Shown: positions 29,140 through 39,345, counted from the stretch's first letter. The stretch is 52,949 nt of DNA from Candidatus Rokuibacteriota bacterium (GCA_031406795.1 JANOHV010000145.1:1-52949), one strand, 5' to 3'. Made by a program: numbers and translations. Notes: generated from the letters alone by a model not told the origin.

Positions 29140-29528
29140 TCGTCCTTGACGCCTCGGCGTTGATCGACGTGCTCCTGCGCGGGGAAGGAGTGGAAGGCAT
29201 CGAAGATCGCCTGTTCGCCCCGGGCGAAAGCCTGAATGCCCCGCACCTGATCGACCTCGAGGTGGCGCAGGTTCTCAGGTGCTGTCGGCTGGCTGGTGAA
29301 CTCAGCGACTCCCGCGCTGAAGAGGCGTTCGAGGATCTCGCGGCCATCCCACTCCAGCGATACCCGCACGATGTCCTTCTCCCGAGGATCTGGGAGCTGC
29401 GGCACCATGCCACCGCGTACGATGCCGCCTATCTGGCTTTGACCGAGGCGTTGGATGCGACGCTCCTGACCAGAGACAGGCGTCTCGCGGGGTCTCGCGG
29501 GCATCGGGCAAGGATCGCGCTGGTCTGA
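29136..29528 (+). CDS. vapC: VapC/PIN domain toxin
   Basis: IVLDASA, PHLIDLEV, TAYDAAYLAL, LLTRD. Confidence 0.92.
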   Translation: MIVLDASALIDVLLRGEGVEGIEDRLFAPGESLNAPHLIDLEVAQVLRCCRLAGELSDSRAEEAFEDLAAIPLQRYPHDVLLPRIWELRHHATAYDAAYLALTEALDATLLTRDRRLAGSRGHRARIALV

Positions 29529-30452
29529 ATGGACGCCAGCAGCGATCGATCGCGAAAGCCCGTGGATCGGAAGGCGGTCGCCATCATCGGCGCCGGACGT
29601 CTCGGCGGCGCGTTCGGTAGACTCTTGGCGCTCGCGGGGTATCGCGTTGCAGCTGTCGCCGCCCGCACGAAAGAGTCCGCAGTCGAAGCGGCGCGATTCA
29701 TCGGCGCCGGCGAGCCCATGACGGATGTCGCCCGCGCGGCTGCGGGTGCCGCGATCGTATTCATCACCACGCCCGACCGGGCAATCCGCGAAGTCTGCGA
29801 GCGCATCGCGCGCGGCGGCGGCTTGCGCCGCGGCGTGCTGGTCGTGCACGCCGCGGGTTCCCAGACCCGGGAGCTTCTCGATACCGCACGGGAGGTGGGG
29901 GCCCTGCGCGCGGTGATCCATCCGCTGCAGTCGGTACCGAGCCGGGAGCAGGGGGTCGTGAACCTGCCCGGGAGTTATTTCAGGATCGAGGCCGACGCCG
30001 GGGCGCTGCGGTGCTCCCGGACGCTGGTCAGGGCTCTCGGCGGCTCCGAACTGGCGCTGCCGCGGTGGAAATCGGACCCGGAGTCCGCCGCCCTCTACCA
30101 CGCCGGCGCCGTGGCGGCCTCGAACTACCTGGTGACGCTGCTCGATTTCGCGGTGCGGCACTTGCAGGCGCTCGGCGCGGACCGGCGCCAGGCGCTCCAG
30201 GCGCTGGTGCCGCTGGTGCGCGGGACGCTGGCGAACGTCGAGCGCCTGGGCATCCCGCAGGCGCTCACCGGCCCGATCGCCCGCGGGGACGCGCAGACGA
30301 TCGCCGGGCACGTCGCGGCGCTGCGCCAGCGGGCGCCGGAACTGCTGGAGCTGTATCGAGTCCTGGCGCGGCGGACGATACCGCTGGCGCAGGAGCAGGG
30401 TGCCCTCACGGAGCAGGCGGCGAAAAAGCTGCTGCGAATCGTGCGACAATGA
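29529..30452 (+). CDS. Rossmann-like + DUF2520 oxidoreductase (PanG-like ketopantoate reductase)
   Basis: IIGAGRLG, ITTPD, HPLQS, YHAGAVAASN, ALTGPIARGD. Confidence 0.85.
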   Translation: MDASSDRSRKPVDRKAVAIIGAGRLGGAFGRLLALAGYRVAAVAARTKESAVEAARFIGAGEPMTDVARAAAGAAIVFITTPDRAIREVCERIARGGGLRRGVLVVHAAGSQTRELLDTAREVGALRAVIHPLQSVPSREQGVVNLPGSYFRIEADAGALRCSRTLVRALGGSELALPRWKSDPESAALYHAGAVAASNYLVTLLDFAVRHLQALGADRRQALQALVPLVRGTLANVERLGIPQALTGPIARGDAQTIAGHVAALRQRAPELLELYRVLARRTIPLAQEQGALTEQAAKKLLRIVRQ

Positions 30453-31009
30453 CGGATGTGAACAAGACAGCGGTCTTCGTCCTCGGCCCGGACCGTCCCG
30501 GCATCATCGCCGCCGTGTCGCAGGTGCTCTTCGAGCAGGGGTGCAATCTGGAGGATGTGAACCAGACCAGCCTGCACGCTCAGTTCGTGGGGATCTTCAT
30601 CGCCGCGCCGGGCGCGCGGGCGAGCGAGGAGCAGCTGCTGCGCGCGCTGCGGGAGCGTCTCGACCCCCTGGGACTGTACGTGCACCTGCGGCCCATCGCC
30701 CCGGCCGAGGAGCGGCCGCAACCGCCGTCCGAACCCTACGTCATCACGACGATCGGCCCCGACCGCCCCGGCCTCGTGGCCGGGATCACCGGCCTGCTGG
30801 CGCAGTACGGGGCGAACATCACCAACCTCAAGGCGGTCTCCCGGGCAGACCGCGAGCGCCAGGAGTACGTCATGTTCTACGAGGTGGACGTCCCGGCGGA
30901 CGCCGACCGGCGGACGTTCAGGGCCGCCCTGCGCGAGCGGGCGCGCGAGCTCGGGCTGGACGTGAATTTCCAGCACCGCGAAATCTTCGAACAGGTCCAC
31001 CGGGTATGA
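30449..31009 (+). CDS. Tandem ACT domain protein (GcvR-like)
   Basis: Two GPDRPG ACT motifs; QHREIFEQVHRV tail typical of ACT genes preceding DUF711. Confidence 0.88.
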   Translation: MTDVNKTAVFVLGPDRPGIIAAVSQVLFEQGCNLEDVNQTSLHAQFVGIFIAAPGARASEEQLLRALRERLDPLGLYVHLRPIAPAEERPQPPSEPYVITTIGPDRPGLVAGITGLLAQYGANITNLKAVSRADRERQEYVMFYEVDVPADADRRTFRAALRERARELGLDVNFQHREIFEQVHRV

Positions 31010-31013
31010 GCCG

Positions 31014-32387
31014 ATGCTGAGCGAACGCGAGGTGCTCGCCACCCTCGAGATGCTCCGCAGCGAGAATCTCGACGTGCGCACCGTGACGCTCGGCGTCAGC
31101 CTCTTCGATTGCGCGAGCGAGGATCCGGCTCGGTTCATCGAGCGCGTGCGCGCCAAGATCCGCCGCTTCGCCGCGGATCTGGTCGACGTCTGCGACGAGG
31201 TCGGGCTTAGCTACGGCATCCCGATCGTCAACAAGCGGATCTCGGTCAGCCCGATCGCCGTCGCCGCCGGGGGATACTCCGCCGGACAGATGTGCCAGGT
31301 CGCCGAAGGGCTCGACGAGATCGCCCGCGAGCTGCGCTGCGATTTTCTCGGCGGTTTCTCCGCCCTGGTCGAGAAGGGCTTCACCAGCGGGGACCGCGCG
31401 CTGATCGAAGCGATCCCCGAGGCGCTCGCGCGCACCGGGCGCATTTGCTCCTCGATCAATGTCGCCTCGACGGCCGCCGGCATCAACATGGACGCCGTGG
31501 CGCTGATGGGTCGGACGATCAGGCGGGCGGCCGAACTCACCGCCGATCGCGACGGCATCGGTTGCGCCAAGCTCGTGGTGTTCGCCAACATCCCCCAGGA
31601 CGTGCCGTTCATGGCGGGGGCCTATCTCGGGGTCGGCGAGCCGGACGTGGTGATCAACGTCGGCGTCAGCGGTCCCGGCGTCATCAAGAAGGCGATCGAC
31701 CGGGCGCGCGCGGCGAACCCCTCGCTCGACCTGGGCGGCATCTCCGAGACCATCAAGCGCACCGCGTTCAAGGTGACCCGCGTCGGCGAGCTGATCGGCC
31801 GCCGGGTGGCGAGCCGGCTCGGTGTGCCCTTCGGGGTGGTGGACCTCTCGCTCGCCCCGACGCCGACTCCCGGCGACAGCGTCGGCGAGATCTTTCAGAG
31901 TCTGGGCCTCGCGAGCATCGGCAGCCCGGGCTCCACGGCGGTGCTGGCGATGCTCAACGACGCGGTCAAGAAGGGCGGCATCTTCGCCAGCTCCCACGTC
32001 GGGGGCCTCAGCGGGGCGTTCATCCCGGTGAGCGAGGACCTGAGCATCGCGGCGGCGGCGCGCGGCGGGCAGCTGACCATCGAGAAGCTCGAGGCGATGA
32101 CGAGCGTCTGCTCGGTGGGGCTCGACATGGTCGCGATCCCCGGCGACACCCCCGCCGAGACCATCGCCGGCATCATCGCCGACGAGATGGCGATCGGCGT
32201 CGTCAACGGCAAGTCCACCGCGGCGCGGCTGATCCCGGTGCCCGGGAAGAAGGCCGGCGAGCGGGTCAGCTTCGGCGGACTGCTCGGGGACGCGACGATC
32301 ATGCCCGTGCCGGGCGACGGCGGCTCGGCGGGTTTCATTGCCCTCGGCGGCCGCATCCCGGCGCCAGTCCACAGCTTCAAGAACTAA
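31014..32387 (+). CDS. DUF711/UPF0210 (PFL-like fold) protein
   Basis: ENLDVRTVTLG, GIPIVNKRISVSPI, VDLSLAPTP, VGGLSGAFIPVSED, CSVGLDM. Confidence 0.93.
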   Translation: MLSEREVLATLEMLRSENLDVRTVTLGVSLFDCASEDPARFIERVRAKIRRFAADLVDVCDEVGLSYGIPIVNKRISVSPIAVAAGGYSAGQMCQVAEGLDEIARELRCDFLGGFSALVEKGFTSGDRALIEAIPEALARTGRICSSINVASTAAGINMDAVALMGRTIRRAAELTADRDGIGCAKLVVFANIPQDVPFMAGAYLGVGEPDVVINVGVSGPGVIKKAIDRARAANPSLDLGGISETIKRTAFKVTRVGELIGRRVASRLGVPFGVVDLSLAPTPTPGDSVGEIFQSLGLASIGSPGSTAVLAMLNDAVKKGGIFASSHVGGLSGAFIPVSEDLSIAAAARGGQLTIEKLEAMTSVCSVGLDMVAIPGDTPAETIAGIIADEMAIGVVNGKSTAARLIPVPGKKAGERVSFGGLLGDATIMPVPGDGGSAGFIALGGRIPAPVHSFKN

Positions 32388-32655
32388 CATGTCCGCCGCC
32401 TACGTACAGCCCGTTTGCGATGCAGCGGGGGCGTCCCTTCGGTCGTGCGTCTCAGCCGCCGGCCCGGAGTACTTCCCATGGCTCGCAGTCTCGTAACTCG
32501 CCTTCGGCTCAGACAACGAGCCTGCGTCCCTGTGGGACCGCCCCGGTCAGCACTCCGGGCTGATCGGCGTCTTCGCGCATCTTCCCTCAGTGACGCCCCA
32601 GCCGCATCGCTGAAGCTGATGTGCTTTCCGGTGGCGTACGTATGCACTGTTGCCG

Positions 32656-32751
32656 GCGGAGGAGTGGCGCGAAGGGGAGGTCTCCGTCGGCGGAACGAAG
32701 TGAGCACGATGGAGGTCCGCAGCGACAGGACCCCGAAGCCTGAACGGGGAA
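32656..32751. repeat. ~95-bp structured repeat family B, copy 1
   Basis: Aligns with reverse complement of 41294-41388; 3' tail recurs at 44450-44477. Confidence 0.8.
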
Positions 32752-32755
32752 TCTC

Positions 32756-33388
32756 ATGGATCTGATACCGATAAAGATCGACCACGGCGAGGAGAAAGCC
32801 TGGGGACTGGTCTGCGGCCTTGCGCGCGCGGAGGTCTGCCGCAGCACGGCCGCGGGGTTCGACGAGCGGGCCGGGGCCTACCTGCTGCGCTGTTACGGCC
32901 GCGACTTTCACGTCAACCCGTGCGAAATGCTCATCTCCTGCCCCACGGATCGCGGCGCGCTCTTCCTCGGCAAACTGAAGGATTTCTTCCGCCTCGCGGT
33001 GCTCTGGTACATGGCGAACGCCAAGGAGATCCCGTCCACCGGGCGACTCGTGCGGCCGACCGACCTCAAGGGCGGCCACCGCTTCACCCGCGGAACTCAC
33101 GTGCTGCCGCTGGAGTTGGTCGCACAGCGCTTCAAGCGGGACCGGGAGGGCTTCCTCCGCCTCGGGCGCGAGTACGGCGCCGAAGAAGTCGCCGGCATGG
33201 GCGACGCGTGCCTGAGATTCTTTCCGCTGCCGCGGGTGCCGGTGACGGTGCTGCTCTGGCTCGAGGACGAGGAATTCTCCCCGCGCGTGGACCTCTTCTT
33301 CGACTCGACCTGCGAGTTCCAGCTGGCCCTGTCGGACGTCGTATGGGCGGTGGCGATGATGACCTGCGTCGTCATGGTCGACGGTTAA
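32756..33388 (+). CDS. DUF3786 domain protein, paralogue 2
   Basis: LKGGHRFTRGTHVLPL, FPLPRVPV..LLWLEDEEFSPRVDLFFDSTC. Confidence 0.8.
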   Translation: MDLIPIKIDHGEEKAWGLVCGLARAEVCRSTAAGFDERAGAYLLRCYGRDFHVNPCEMLISCPTDRGALFLGKLKDFFRLAVLWYMANAKEIPSTGRLVRPTDLKGGHRFTRGTHVLPLELVAQRFKRDREGFLRLGREYGAEEVAGMGDACLRFFPLPRVPVTVLLWLEDEEFSPRVDLFFDSTCEFQLALSDVVWAVAMMTCVVMVDG

Positions 33389-33439
33389 GAAATGGGGACA
33401 GATCTATTTTCACGAGAAAATAGATCTGTCCCCATTTCT
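33388..33439. repeat. Perfect 24-bp-stem palindrome (REP-like)
   Basis: agaaatggggacagatctattttc-acga-gaaaatagatctgtccccatttct. Confidence 0.9.
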
Positions 33440-34009
33440 GCCTTCGTTCCCGGGCCGTCGCGGTTCAGCGAGCGGCTGATCCGCGGGAACGATCTTGCCG
33501 CGTCGGGATTCGTGGCCTGGGAGTTCCTCCCCGGCATGAAGTTCGCCGAGCGCGCCGCCTGGTGGCGCGGCGGCGCCGACCGCGCCGGCGCCCACGAGGG
33601 GCTGGACATCTGTTATTACCGGACCGGCGACGGGATGCGGCTGAGCCTCGGCCCCGGAGCGCGCGTCCCGGTGATCTTCGGGGGCGAAGTCGTCTCGATT
33701 GTCGATGATTTCCTCGGCGCATCGGTGTTCGTGGCCCACGAACGTCGCGATCGGGAGAATCGTCGGCTGCACACGGTCTATGGCCACCTGTGCCCGCGTC
33801 CCGGGCTGGAGCCGGGGAGCATTCTCGCCGGAACGGCTACCGTCGGGACGATCGCCGCCGCCTCCGGGAGAACAACCGCCGCGCCCCCGCACCTGCACCT
33901 CACGCTGGCGCTGATCGCCCGCGGGGGCCGCCCGGAGCGACTCGACTGGGAGGCGCTGCGCGATCGATCGCGGGTTCGTCTGCTGGACCCGATGACCATC
34001 ATGCAATGA
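33392..34009 (+). CDS. M23-like metallopeptidase domain protein
   Basis: HEGLD (HxxxD), TVYGHL, PHLHL (HxH). Confidence 0.65.
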   Translation: MGTDLFSRENRSVPISAFVPGPSRFSERLIRGNDLAASGFVAWEFLPGMKFAERAAWWRGGADRAGAHEGLDICYYRTGDGMRLSLGPGARVPVIFGGEVVSIVDDFLGASVFVAHERRDRENRRLHTVYGHLCPRPGLEPGSILAGTATVGTIAAASGRTTAAPPHLHLTLALIARGGRPERLDWEALRDRSRVRLLDPMTIMQ

Positions 34010-34120
34010 TGGGTGCGGCTTGATCAAAATCGGGCGATTGCTGCTATAACGTATCCGCGGAAGAACGCGGATTGATGCAACGCAAGCGGGCCTGTTCAGC
34101 GGCCGGCAAACGGGGGAGCG

Positions 34121-34678
34121 ATGGATCGGGAAAAACTGAAGAAGGCGGCGCTGCTGATCCTGGAGGCGGTCGGGGAGAATCCGCAGCGCAAGGACCTGCT
34201 GGACACGCCGGGGCGCATGGCCGACATGTACGAGGAGGTCCTCAGCGGCCTCGCGCTGGACCCGGAGAAGGAACTGTCGGTGGTTCTCGATCACAAGCAC
34301 GAGGAGATCGTCCTGCTCAAGGACATCCCGCTGTATTCTCTGTGCGAGCACCACCTGCTGCCGTTCATCGGCCGGGCGCACGTGGCCTACATCCCCAAGG
34401 GCGGGCGGGTTACCGGCCTGAGCCGGATCGCGCGCGTCGTTGACATTCTCTCGCGGCGACTGCAGGTGCAGGAGCGCCTGACCACGCAGATCGCCAGCGT
34501 CATCATGCAGCGACTCAAGCCGCTCGGGGTCATGGTCGTCATCGAGGCCGAGCATCTGTGCATGTCGATGCGCGGGATCAACCGGCCGGGCATCAAGACG
34601 GTGACCAGCGCCGTGCGGGGGATGTTCAAAGATAACGAGAAAACCCGTGCGGAAACCCTGGCGTTGATGCGGGGCTGA
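34121..34678 (+). CDS. folE: GTP cyclohydrolase I
   Basis: [33 protein letters not shown]. Confidence 0.96.
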   Translation: MDREKLKKAALLILEAVGENPQRKDLLDTPGRMADMYEEVLSGLALDPEKELSVVLDHKHEEIVLLKDIPLYSLCEHHLLPFIGRAHVAYIPKGGRVTGLSRIARVVDILSRRLQVQERLTTQIASVIMQRLKPLGVMVVIEAEHLCMSMRGINRPGIKTVTSAVRGMFKDNEKTRAETLALMRG

Positions 34679-34823
34679 CCGGGGCGGTTTTCCCGGGTTT
34701 TTTGCGGTCCCCCGCCGGCCCGTCCGCGACGGCCTGTCATTTGGTCAGGTCGGGCCTTCCGGAGGCCGGTTGCCTTTCAAAGTATAGCCTAATCCTGACC
34801 GATTCGTGGGCAATTTAATTGGC

Positions 34824-35067
34824 TTGACAAAGGGTATTGGGCAACCACAGACTGGCGCCCGCCACAGGTAAAAGTACTGTTGACGCCCACGGAAGAGCAG
34901 AGGGAGTTGCGAGAGAGTGGCGACTGGAGTTGACGTCCGGATCAGGCCCGAGACTTCGGGCGCCCCGACCGTATTTCAAGCGCCGGGCGCAAGCATCATT
35001 TCCCGGCATTCAACCGTGGTGGATCGGTAACTCCACCGAACACAAACCCGCCGAAGAGGAGGCAACA
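34824..35067 (+). promoter_or_regulatory. Promoter and ~200-nt structured 5' leader of the acs operon
   Basis: TTGACA at 34824, multiple nested hairpins, GAGGAGG SD before ATG 35068. Confidence 0.5.
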
Positions 35068-37269
35068 ATGTCCAAACTGATCGCCACCGCTGCCATCAGG
35101 GGCGCTCACTCGATCTACGAGCGAGCCGACAAGATGCTCCAGAAGGCAATCGCCGAGAAGGGGAAGGATTTCGCGTTCGAATTCCCCGACACGGCGTTCT
35201 ATCTGCCGATGATCTACGCGATGACCGGCTTCCAGGTCAAGACGCTCGGCGACATGCGCGTCGGCCTGAACTTCGCCAAGGAGCTGCTGCACGAGGAGCC
35301 GGCGGAGCACCTCTGGAAGCCGTACCTGGGCGAGGCCCTGGACTCCGGCATGGCGACGCTGTTCGCCGAGGAAGTCTACCTCGCGCTGCGTTATGTCAAC
35401 GGTCTCGAGCCGTGCACGGACCCGGAGACCGGCTACGTCTACAACGGCTTCATCTCCGACACGATCCAGCGCAACCTCGGCATCCAGCTGGTCGACGGCA
35501 CGATGCCCGGGTTCGCGGTCATCATCGGCGCCGCCCCCACCGACGAGATTGCCGAGAAGATCGTCCGCGAGCTGCAGGAGAAGAACATCCTGACCCTGCT
35601 CTCCGGCAACGTGAACGGCAACAGCGTCACGAAGCAGCTGCTGCGGCGCAATGTCGAGCTGGGCTGGGACGCGCGTATCGTCCCGATGGGCCCCGACATC
35701 GAGCACACGCTCTACGCCGCCGACTGGGCGATCCGCGCCTCGCTGATCTTCGGCGGCAAGAAGCCGGGAAATTTCAAGGAGCACCTGCTGTACCAGAAGG
35801 ACCGGGTCTTCGCGTTCGCGATCGTGCTCGGGCCGCTCGACGACATGACCTGGTCGACCGGCGCCGGCGCGATCAACATGGGCTTCCCGGCGATCGCGGA
35901 CAGCGACATCCCGGTCATCCACCCGACCGGCGTCTGCACCTACGAGGAGGTCGAGAAGGAACTCGACCACACCAAGATCGTCCAGAAGGCGATCGAGCTG
36001 CGCGGGCTGAAGATCGTCGTCGAGAAGCCGCCGATCCCGGTGGCGTTCGGGCCGGCCTTCGAGGGCGAGCGCATCCGCAAGGAGGACACCTTCATCGAGT
36101 TCGGCGGGCAGCGCACGCCGGCCTTCGAGTGGGCGAACATGCGCGAGATGGACGAGATCGAGGACAACAAGGTCATCATCGTCGGCGAGAACGCCAAGGA
36201 GCGCTACGAGAAGGGCGGCCAGATGCCGCTCGGCATCCTGATCGAGTGCGCCGGCCGCAAGATGCAGAAGGACTTCGAGTCGATCATCGAGCGCAAGATC
36301 CACGGGAACCTCAACGAGGCCCAAGGGGTCTGGCACATGGGCCAGCGCGACATCAACTGGGTGCGCATCAGCAAGAGCGCCAAGAACGCCGGGTTCACGC
36401 TCGAGCACATCGGCGATCTGCTCAACGCGGTGACCCACCACACCTTCCGCTCGATTGTCGACAAGGTCCAGACGACCCTCTTCGTCGACGAGAAGGACGT
36501 CAAGGAGCAGATGGAGAAAGCCCGCGCCGCCTACAAGGAGCGCGACCACCGCCTCGGCAACATGACCGACGAGGCGGTCGAAATCTTCTACTCCTGCCTG
36601 CTCTGCCAGTCCTTCGCTCCCGCGCACGCCTGCGTGATCACCCCCGAGCGGCTCGGGCTCTGCGGCGCCTACAACTGGCTCGACGGCAAGGCGGCCTTCG
36701 AGATCGACCCGACCGGCGGGAACCAGCCGATCGCCAAAGGCGCGCTGATGGACCCGCGCTACGGCCGCTACGAGGGGGTCGACGACTACCTGAAGAAGGT
36801 CTCCGGCGGCGCGGTCGAGAGCCTGAACCTCTATACGATCATGGAAAACCCGATGACCTCCTGCGGCTGCTTCGAGTGCATCATCGCCGTGGTTCCGGAG
36901 GCCAACGGGGTGATGATCGTGCACCGCGGCTACACCGGCATGACCCCGATGGGCATGAAGTTCTCGACGCTCGCCGGCACCGTCGGCGGCGGCGCGCAGA
37001 CCCCCGGCTTCATGGGCGTCGGCGTGAACTTCATCTTCAGCAAGAAGTTCCTCTTCGGCGACGGCGGCCCGAAGCGCATCGTCTGGATGCCCAAGTCCCT
37101 GAAGGAGCGTATCGCCGAGGATTTCAAGAAGCGCGCGGCGGAAGCCGGCGTCCCGGACCTGCTCGACAAGATCGCGGACGAGAGCATCTGCGAGGACGCC
37201 GAGAAGCTGGTCGAGTATCTGACCTCGGTGGGCCACCCGGCCCTCGAGATGGAACCAATCGTTCAGTAA
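35068..37269 (+). CDS. acsB: Acetyl-CoA synthase catalytic subunit
   Basis: FPDTAFYLP, FEGERIRK, A-cluster CLLCQSFAP, PERLGLCGA, PMTSCGCFEC. Confidence 0.96.
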   Translation: MSKLIATAAIRGAHSIYERADKMLQKAIAEKGKDFAFEFPDTAFYLPMIYAMTGFQVKTLGDMRVGLNFAKELLHEEPAEHLWKPYLGEALDSGMATLFAEEVYLALRYVNGLEPCTDPETGYVYNGFISDTIQRNLGIQLVDGTMPGFAVIIGAAPTDEIAEKIVRELQEKNILTLLSGNVNGNSVTKQLLRRNVELGWDARIVPMGPDIEHTLYAADWAIRASLIFGGKKPGNFKEHLLYQKDRVFAFAIVLGPLDDMTWSTGAGAINMGFPAIADSDIPVIHPTGVCTYEEVEKELDHTKIVQKAIELRGLKIVVEKPPIPVAFGPAFEGERIRKEDTFIEFGGQRTPAFEWANMREMDEIEDNKVIIVGENAKERYEKGGQMPLGILIECAGRKMQKDFESIIERKIHGNLNEAQGVWHMGQRDINWVRISKSAKNAGFTLEHIGDLLNAVTHHTFRSIVDKVQTTLFVDEKDVKEQMEKARAAYKERDHRLGNMTDEAVEIFYSCLLCQSFAPAHACVITPERLGLCGAYNWLDGKAAFEIDPTGGNQPIAKGALMDPRYGRYEGVDDYLKKVSGGAVESLNLYTIMENPMTSCGCFECIIAVVPEANGVMIVHRGYTGMTPMGMKFSTLAGTVGGGAQTPGFMGVGVNFIFSKKFLFGDGGPKRIVWMPKSLKERIAEDFKKRAAEAGVPDLLDKIADESICEDAEKLVEYLTSVGHPALEMEPIVQ

Positions 37270-37286
37270 GGCACGGAGGCAGAATC

Positions 37287-39278
37287 ATGGATGCCATGGG
37301 ACACAGCGCCGCCCCGGGGGCGCAGAAAATCATCGACTGGTCCGTCGAGAACAAGATCGAGACGTGTTTTGATCGCGCGCAGAAGATGAAGCCCTGCCCG
37401 ATCGGCAAGGTCGGCTCCTGCTGCAAGAACTGCAACATGGGTCCCTGCCGGCTCACCGGCAAGAACGCCGAAACCGAGATGACGGGCGTCTGCGGTGCCA
37501 CGCTGGGGACGATCGCGGCCCGCAACCTCTGCCGGATGATCGCCGCCGGCACTGCGGCGCATTCCGACCACGCGCGGGGCATGGTCGAAACCCTGCTCGC
37601 GGTGTGCGAGGGGCACGCCCCCGACTTCCAGATCAAGGACGTCGAGAAGCTCAAGCGGGTCGCCGGCTACCTCGAGATCGAGACCGCTGACCGCCCGATC
37701 AACGACATCGGCAAGGAAATAGCGCTGACGTTCCTCAACGACTTCGGCCGCCAGCAGGGGGGCGCGATCAACTACGCCATGAAGCGCGCCCCGAAGAAGA
37801 CCATCGAGCGCTGGAAGAAGTGGGGGATCATCCCGCGGAGCATCGACCGCGAGGTCGTCGAGATGATGCACCGCACCAACATCGGCGTCGACCACGAACC
37901 CGACCACCTGCTGCTGCAGGGGCTGCGAACCGGCCTCGCCGATGGCTGGGGCGGCTCGATGATCTCCACCGACATCACGGACATCCTCTTCGGGACGCCC
38001 AAGCCGATCCAGGCCGAGGGGAGCTTCGGGATCTTCAAGGAGGACGAAGTCAACCTGGTCGTCCACGGCCACGAGCCGCTGCTGGCCGAGATGATCTACG
38101 ACGTGGTGAACGAGCCCGAGATGATCGCGTACTCCAAGACCAAGGGCGCCAAGGGCATCAACCTCGGCGGCATGTGCTGCACCGCCAACGAGATCCTGAT
38201 CCGCCACGGCATCCCGACGGCCGGGGGCTTCACGAACCAGGAGCTGGGGATCCTGACCGGCCTGGTCGACCTGCTGACGGTGGACGTCCAGTGCATCATG
38301 CCGGCGATCACCCAGGTCTCGAAGAAGTTCCACACCAAGGTCGTCACGACCAACTACCGGGCGAAGATGCAGGGCGCCGAGCACATCGAGTTCAACGAGC
38401 ACCACGCCAAGGAAATCGCCCGGCGGATCGTCAAGATGGCCATCGACAACTACCCGAACCGGACCACCAAGGGCGAGCACATCACGCAGAAGTACTCGAT
38501 GATCGCCGGCTTCTCGCACGAGTACATCGAGTACATGCAGGGCGGCAAGTGGCGCGGCTCCTTCCGCCCGCTGAACGACGCGATCATGGCGGGCCGCGTC
38601 CGGGGCGTCGTCGGCCTGGCCGGGTGCGACAACCCGCGGGTCAACGCCACCTCGCTGCACAAGTTCCTCGCGACCGAACTGATCAAGCAGGATGTGCTCG
38701 TCGTGACCACCGGCTGCGGCGCCGGCGCCTGCGGGTCCTCCGGGTACCTGACCCCCGAGATGGCGCTCGAGATGGCCGGCCCCGGGCTGCGCGAAGTCTG
38801 CGAGGCGATCGGCATCCCGCCGATCCTGCATCTGGGCGCCTGCGTCGACAACTCGCGGATCCTGACCATCGCCAGCGCGATGGCGGCCGAGGGCGGCCTC
38901 TCGGACGAGATCGGCGGCATGCCGGCGGTCGGCATCGCCCCGGAGTGGATGAGCGAGAAGGCGATCGCGATCGCCGCGTACTTCGCCGCCTCAGGCGTGC
39001 CGTGCATCTTCGGCGGGCAGTCTCCGGTGGAAGCCAGCGAGGAGGTCACCAAGATCCTGACCGAGACCTGGTTCGAGCGCTTCAGGGGTGCGCTGCACTT
39101 CGAGCCGGACCAGCAGAAGATGCTGGATCTGGCTCTGGACTACATCGACAAGGCCCGGGCGGCGCTCAAGCTCAAGAAGTGGGTGTCGGGCAGCTTCGGC
39201 ACCGAGAAGGTGCTGATGGACATGGCGGCCCGCCGCGAGATCGAGAAGGTCGCGAAGCCGCACATCGGACTCCAGTAG
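37287..39278 (+). CDS. cooS: Anaerobic Ni-CO dehydrogenase catalytic subunit
   Basis: CPIG...[50 protein letters not shown]. Confidence 0.96.
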   Translation: MDAMGHSAAPGAQKIIDWSVENKIETCFDRAQKMKPCPIGKVGSCCKNCNMGPCRLTGKNAETEMTGVCGATLGTIAARNLCRMIAAGTAAHSDHARGMVETLLAVCEGHAPDFQIKDVEKLKRVAGYLEIETADRPINDIGKEIALTFLNDFGRQQGGAINYAMKRAPKKTIERWKKWGIIPRSIDREVVEMMHRTNIGVDHEPDHLLLQGLRTGLADGWGGSMISTDITDILFGTPKPIQAEGSFGIFKEDEVNLVVHGHEPLLAEMIYDVVNEPEMIAYSKTKGAKGINLGGMCCTANEILIRHGIPTAGGFTNQELGILTGLVDLLTVDVQCIMPAITQVSKKFHTKVVTTNYRAKMQGAEHIEFNEHHAKEIARRIVKMAIDNYPNRTTKGEHITQKYSMIAGFSHEYIEYMQGGKWRGSFRPLNDAIMAGRVRGVVGLAGCDNPRVNATSLHKFLATELIKQDVLVVTTGCGAGACGSSGYLTPEMALEMAGPGLREVCEAIGIPPILHLGACVDNSRILTIASAMAAEGGLSDEIGGMPAVGIAPEWMSEKAIAIAAYFAASGVPCIFGGQSPVEASEEVTKILTETWFERFRGALHFEPDQQKMLDLALDYIDKARAALKLKKWVSGSFGTEKVLMDMAARREIEKVAKPHIGLQ

Positions 39279-39313
39279 GAACGCTCGCAGGAGAGGTCGA
39301 AGAGCGCAACCGA

Positions 39314-39345
39314 AAGCCCCTGCCCCCGCGGGCAGGGGCTTCTTT
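39314..39345 (+). terminator. Intrinsic terminator/stabilising hairpin after cooS
   Basis: aagcccctgccc-cgc-gggcaggggctt followed by cttt. Confidence 0.65.

Noticed and set aside
34808-34823. sigma54 promoter for the acs operon
   Set aside because: GG-N10-GG rather than GG-N10-GC; better explained as a palindrome next to TTGACA
34845-35062. ZTP (GACTGGCG) or glycine (CGCCGAAG) riboswitch
   Set aside because: Only isolated words match; the remaining conserved elements are absent, and GACTGGCG overlaps the likely -10 region
35412-39278. 1288-aa ORF as a giant CODH or ACS-CODH fusion
   Set aside because: The first 625 codons are an off-frame shadow of acsB; cooS starts at 37287 with its own SD and acsB ends with TAA in another frame
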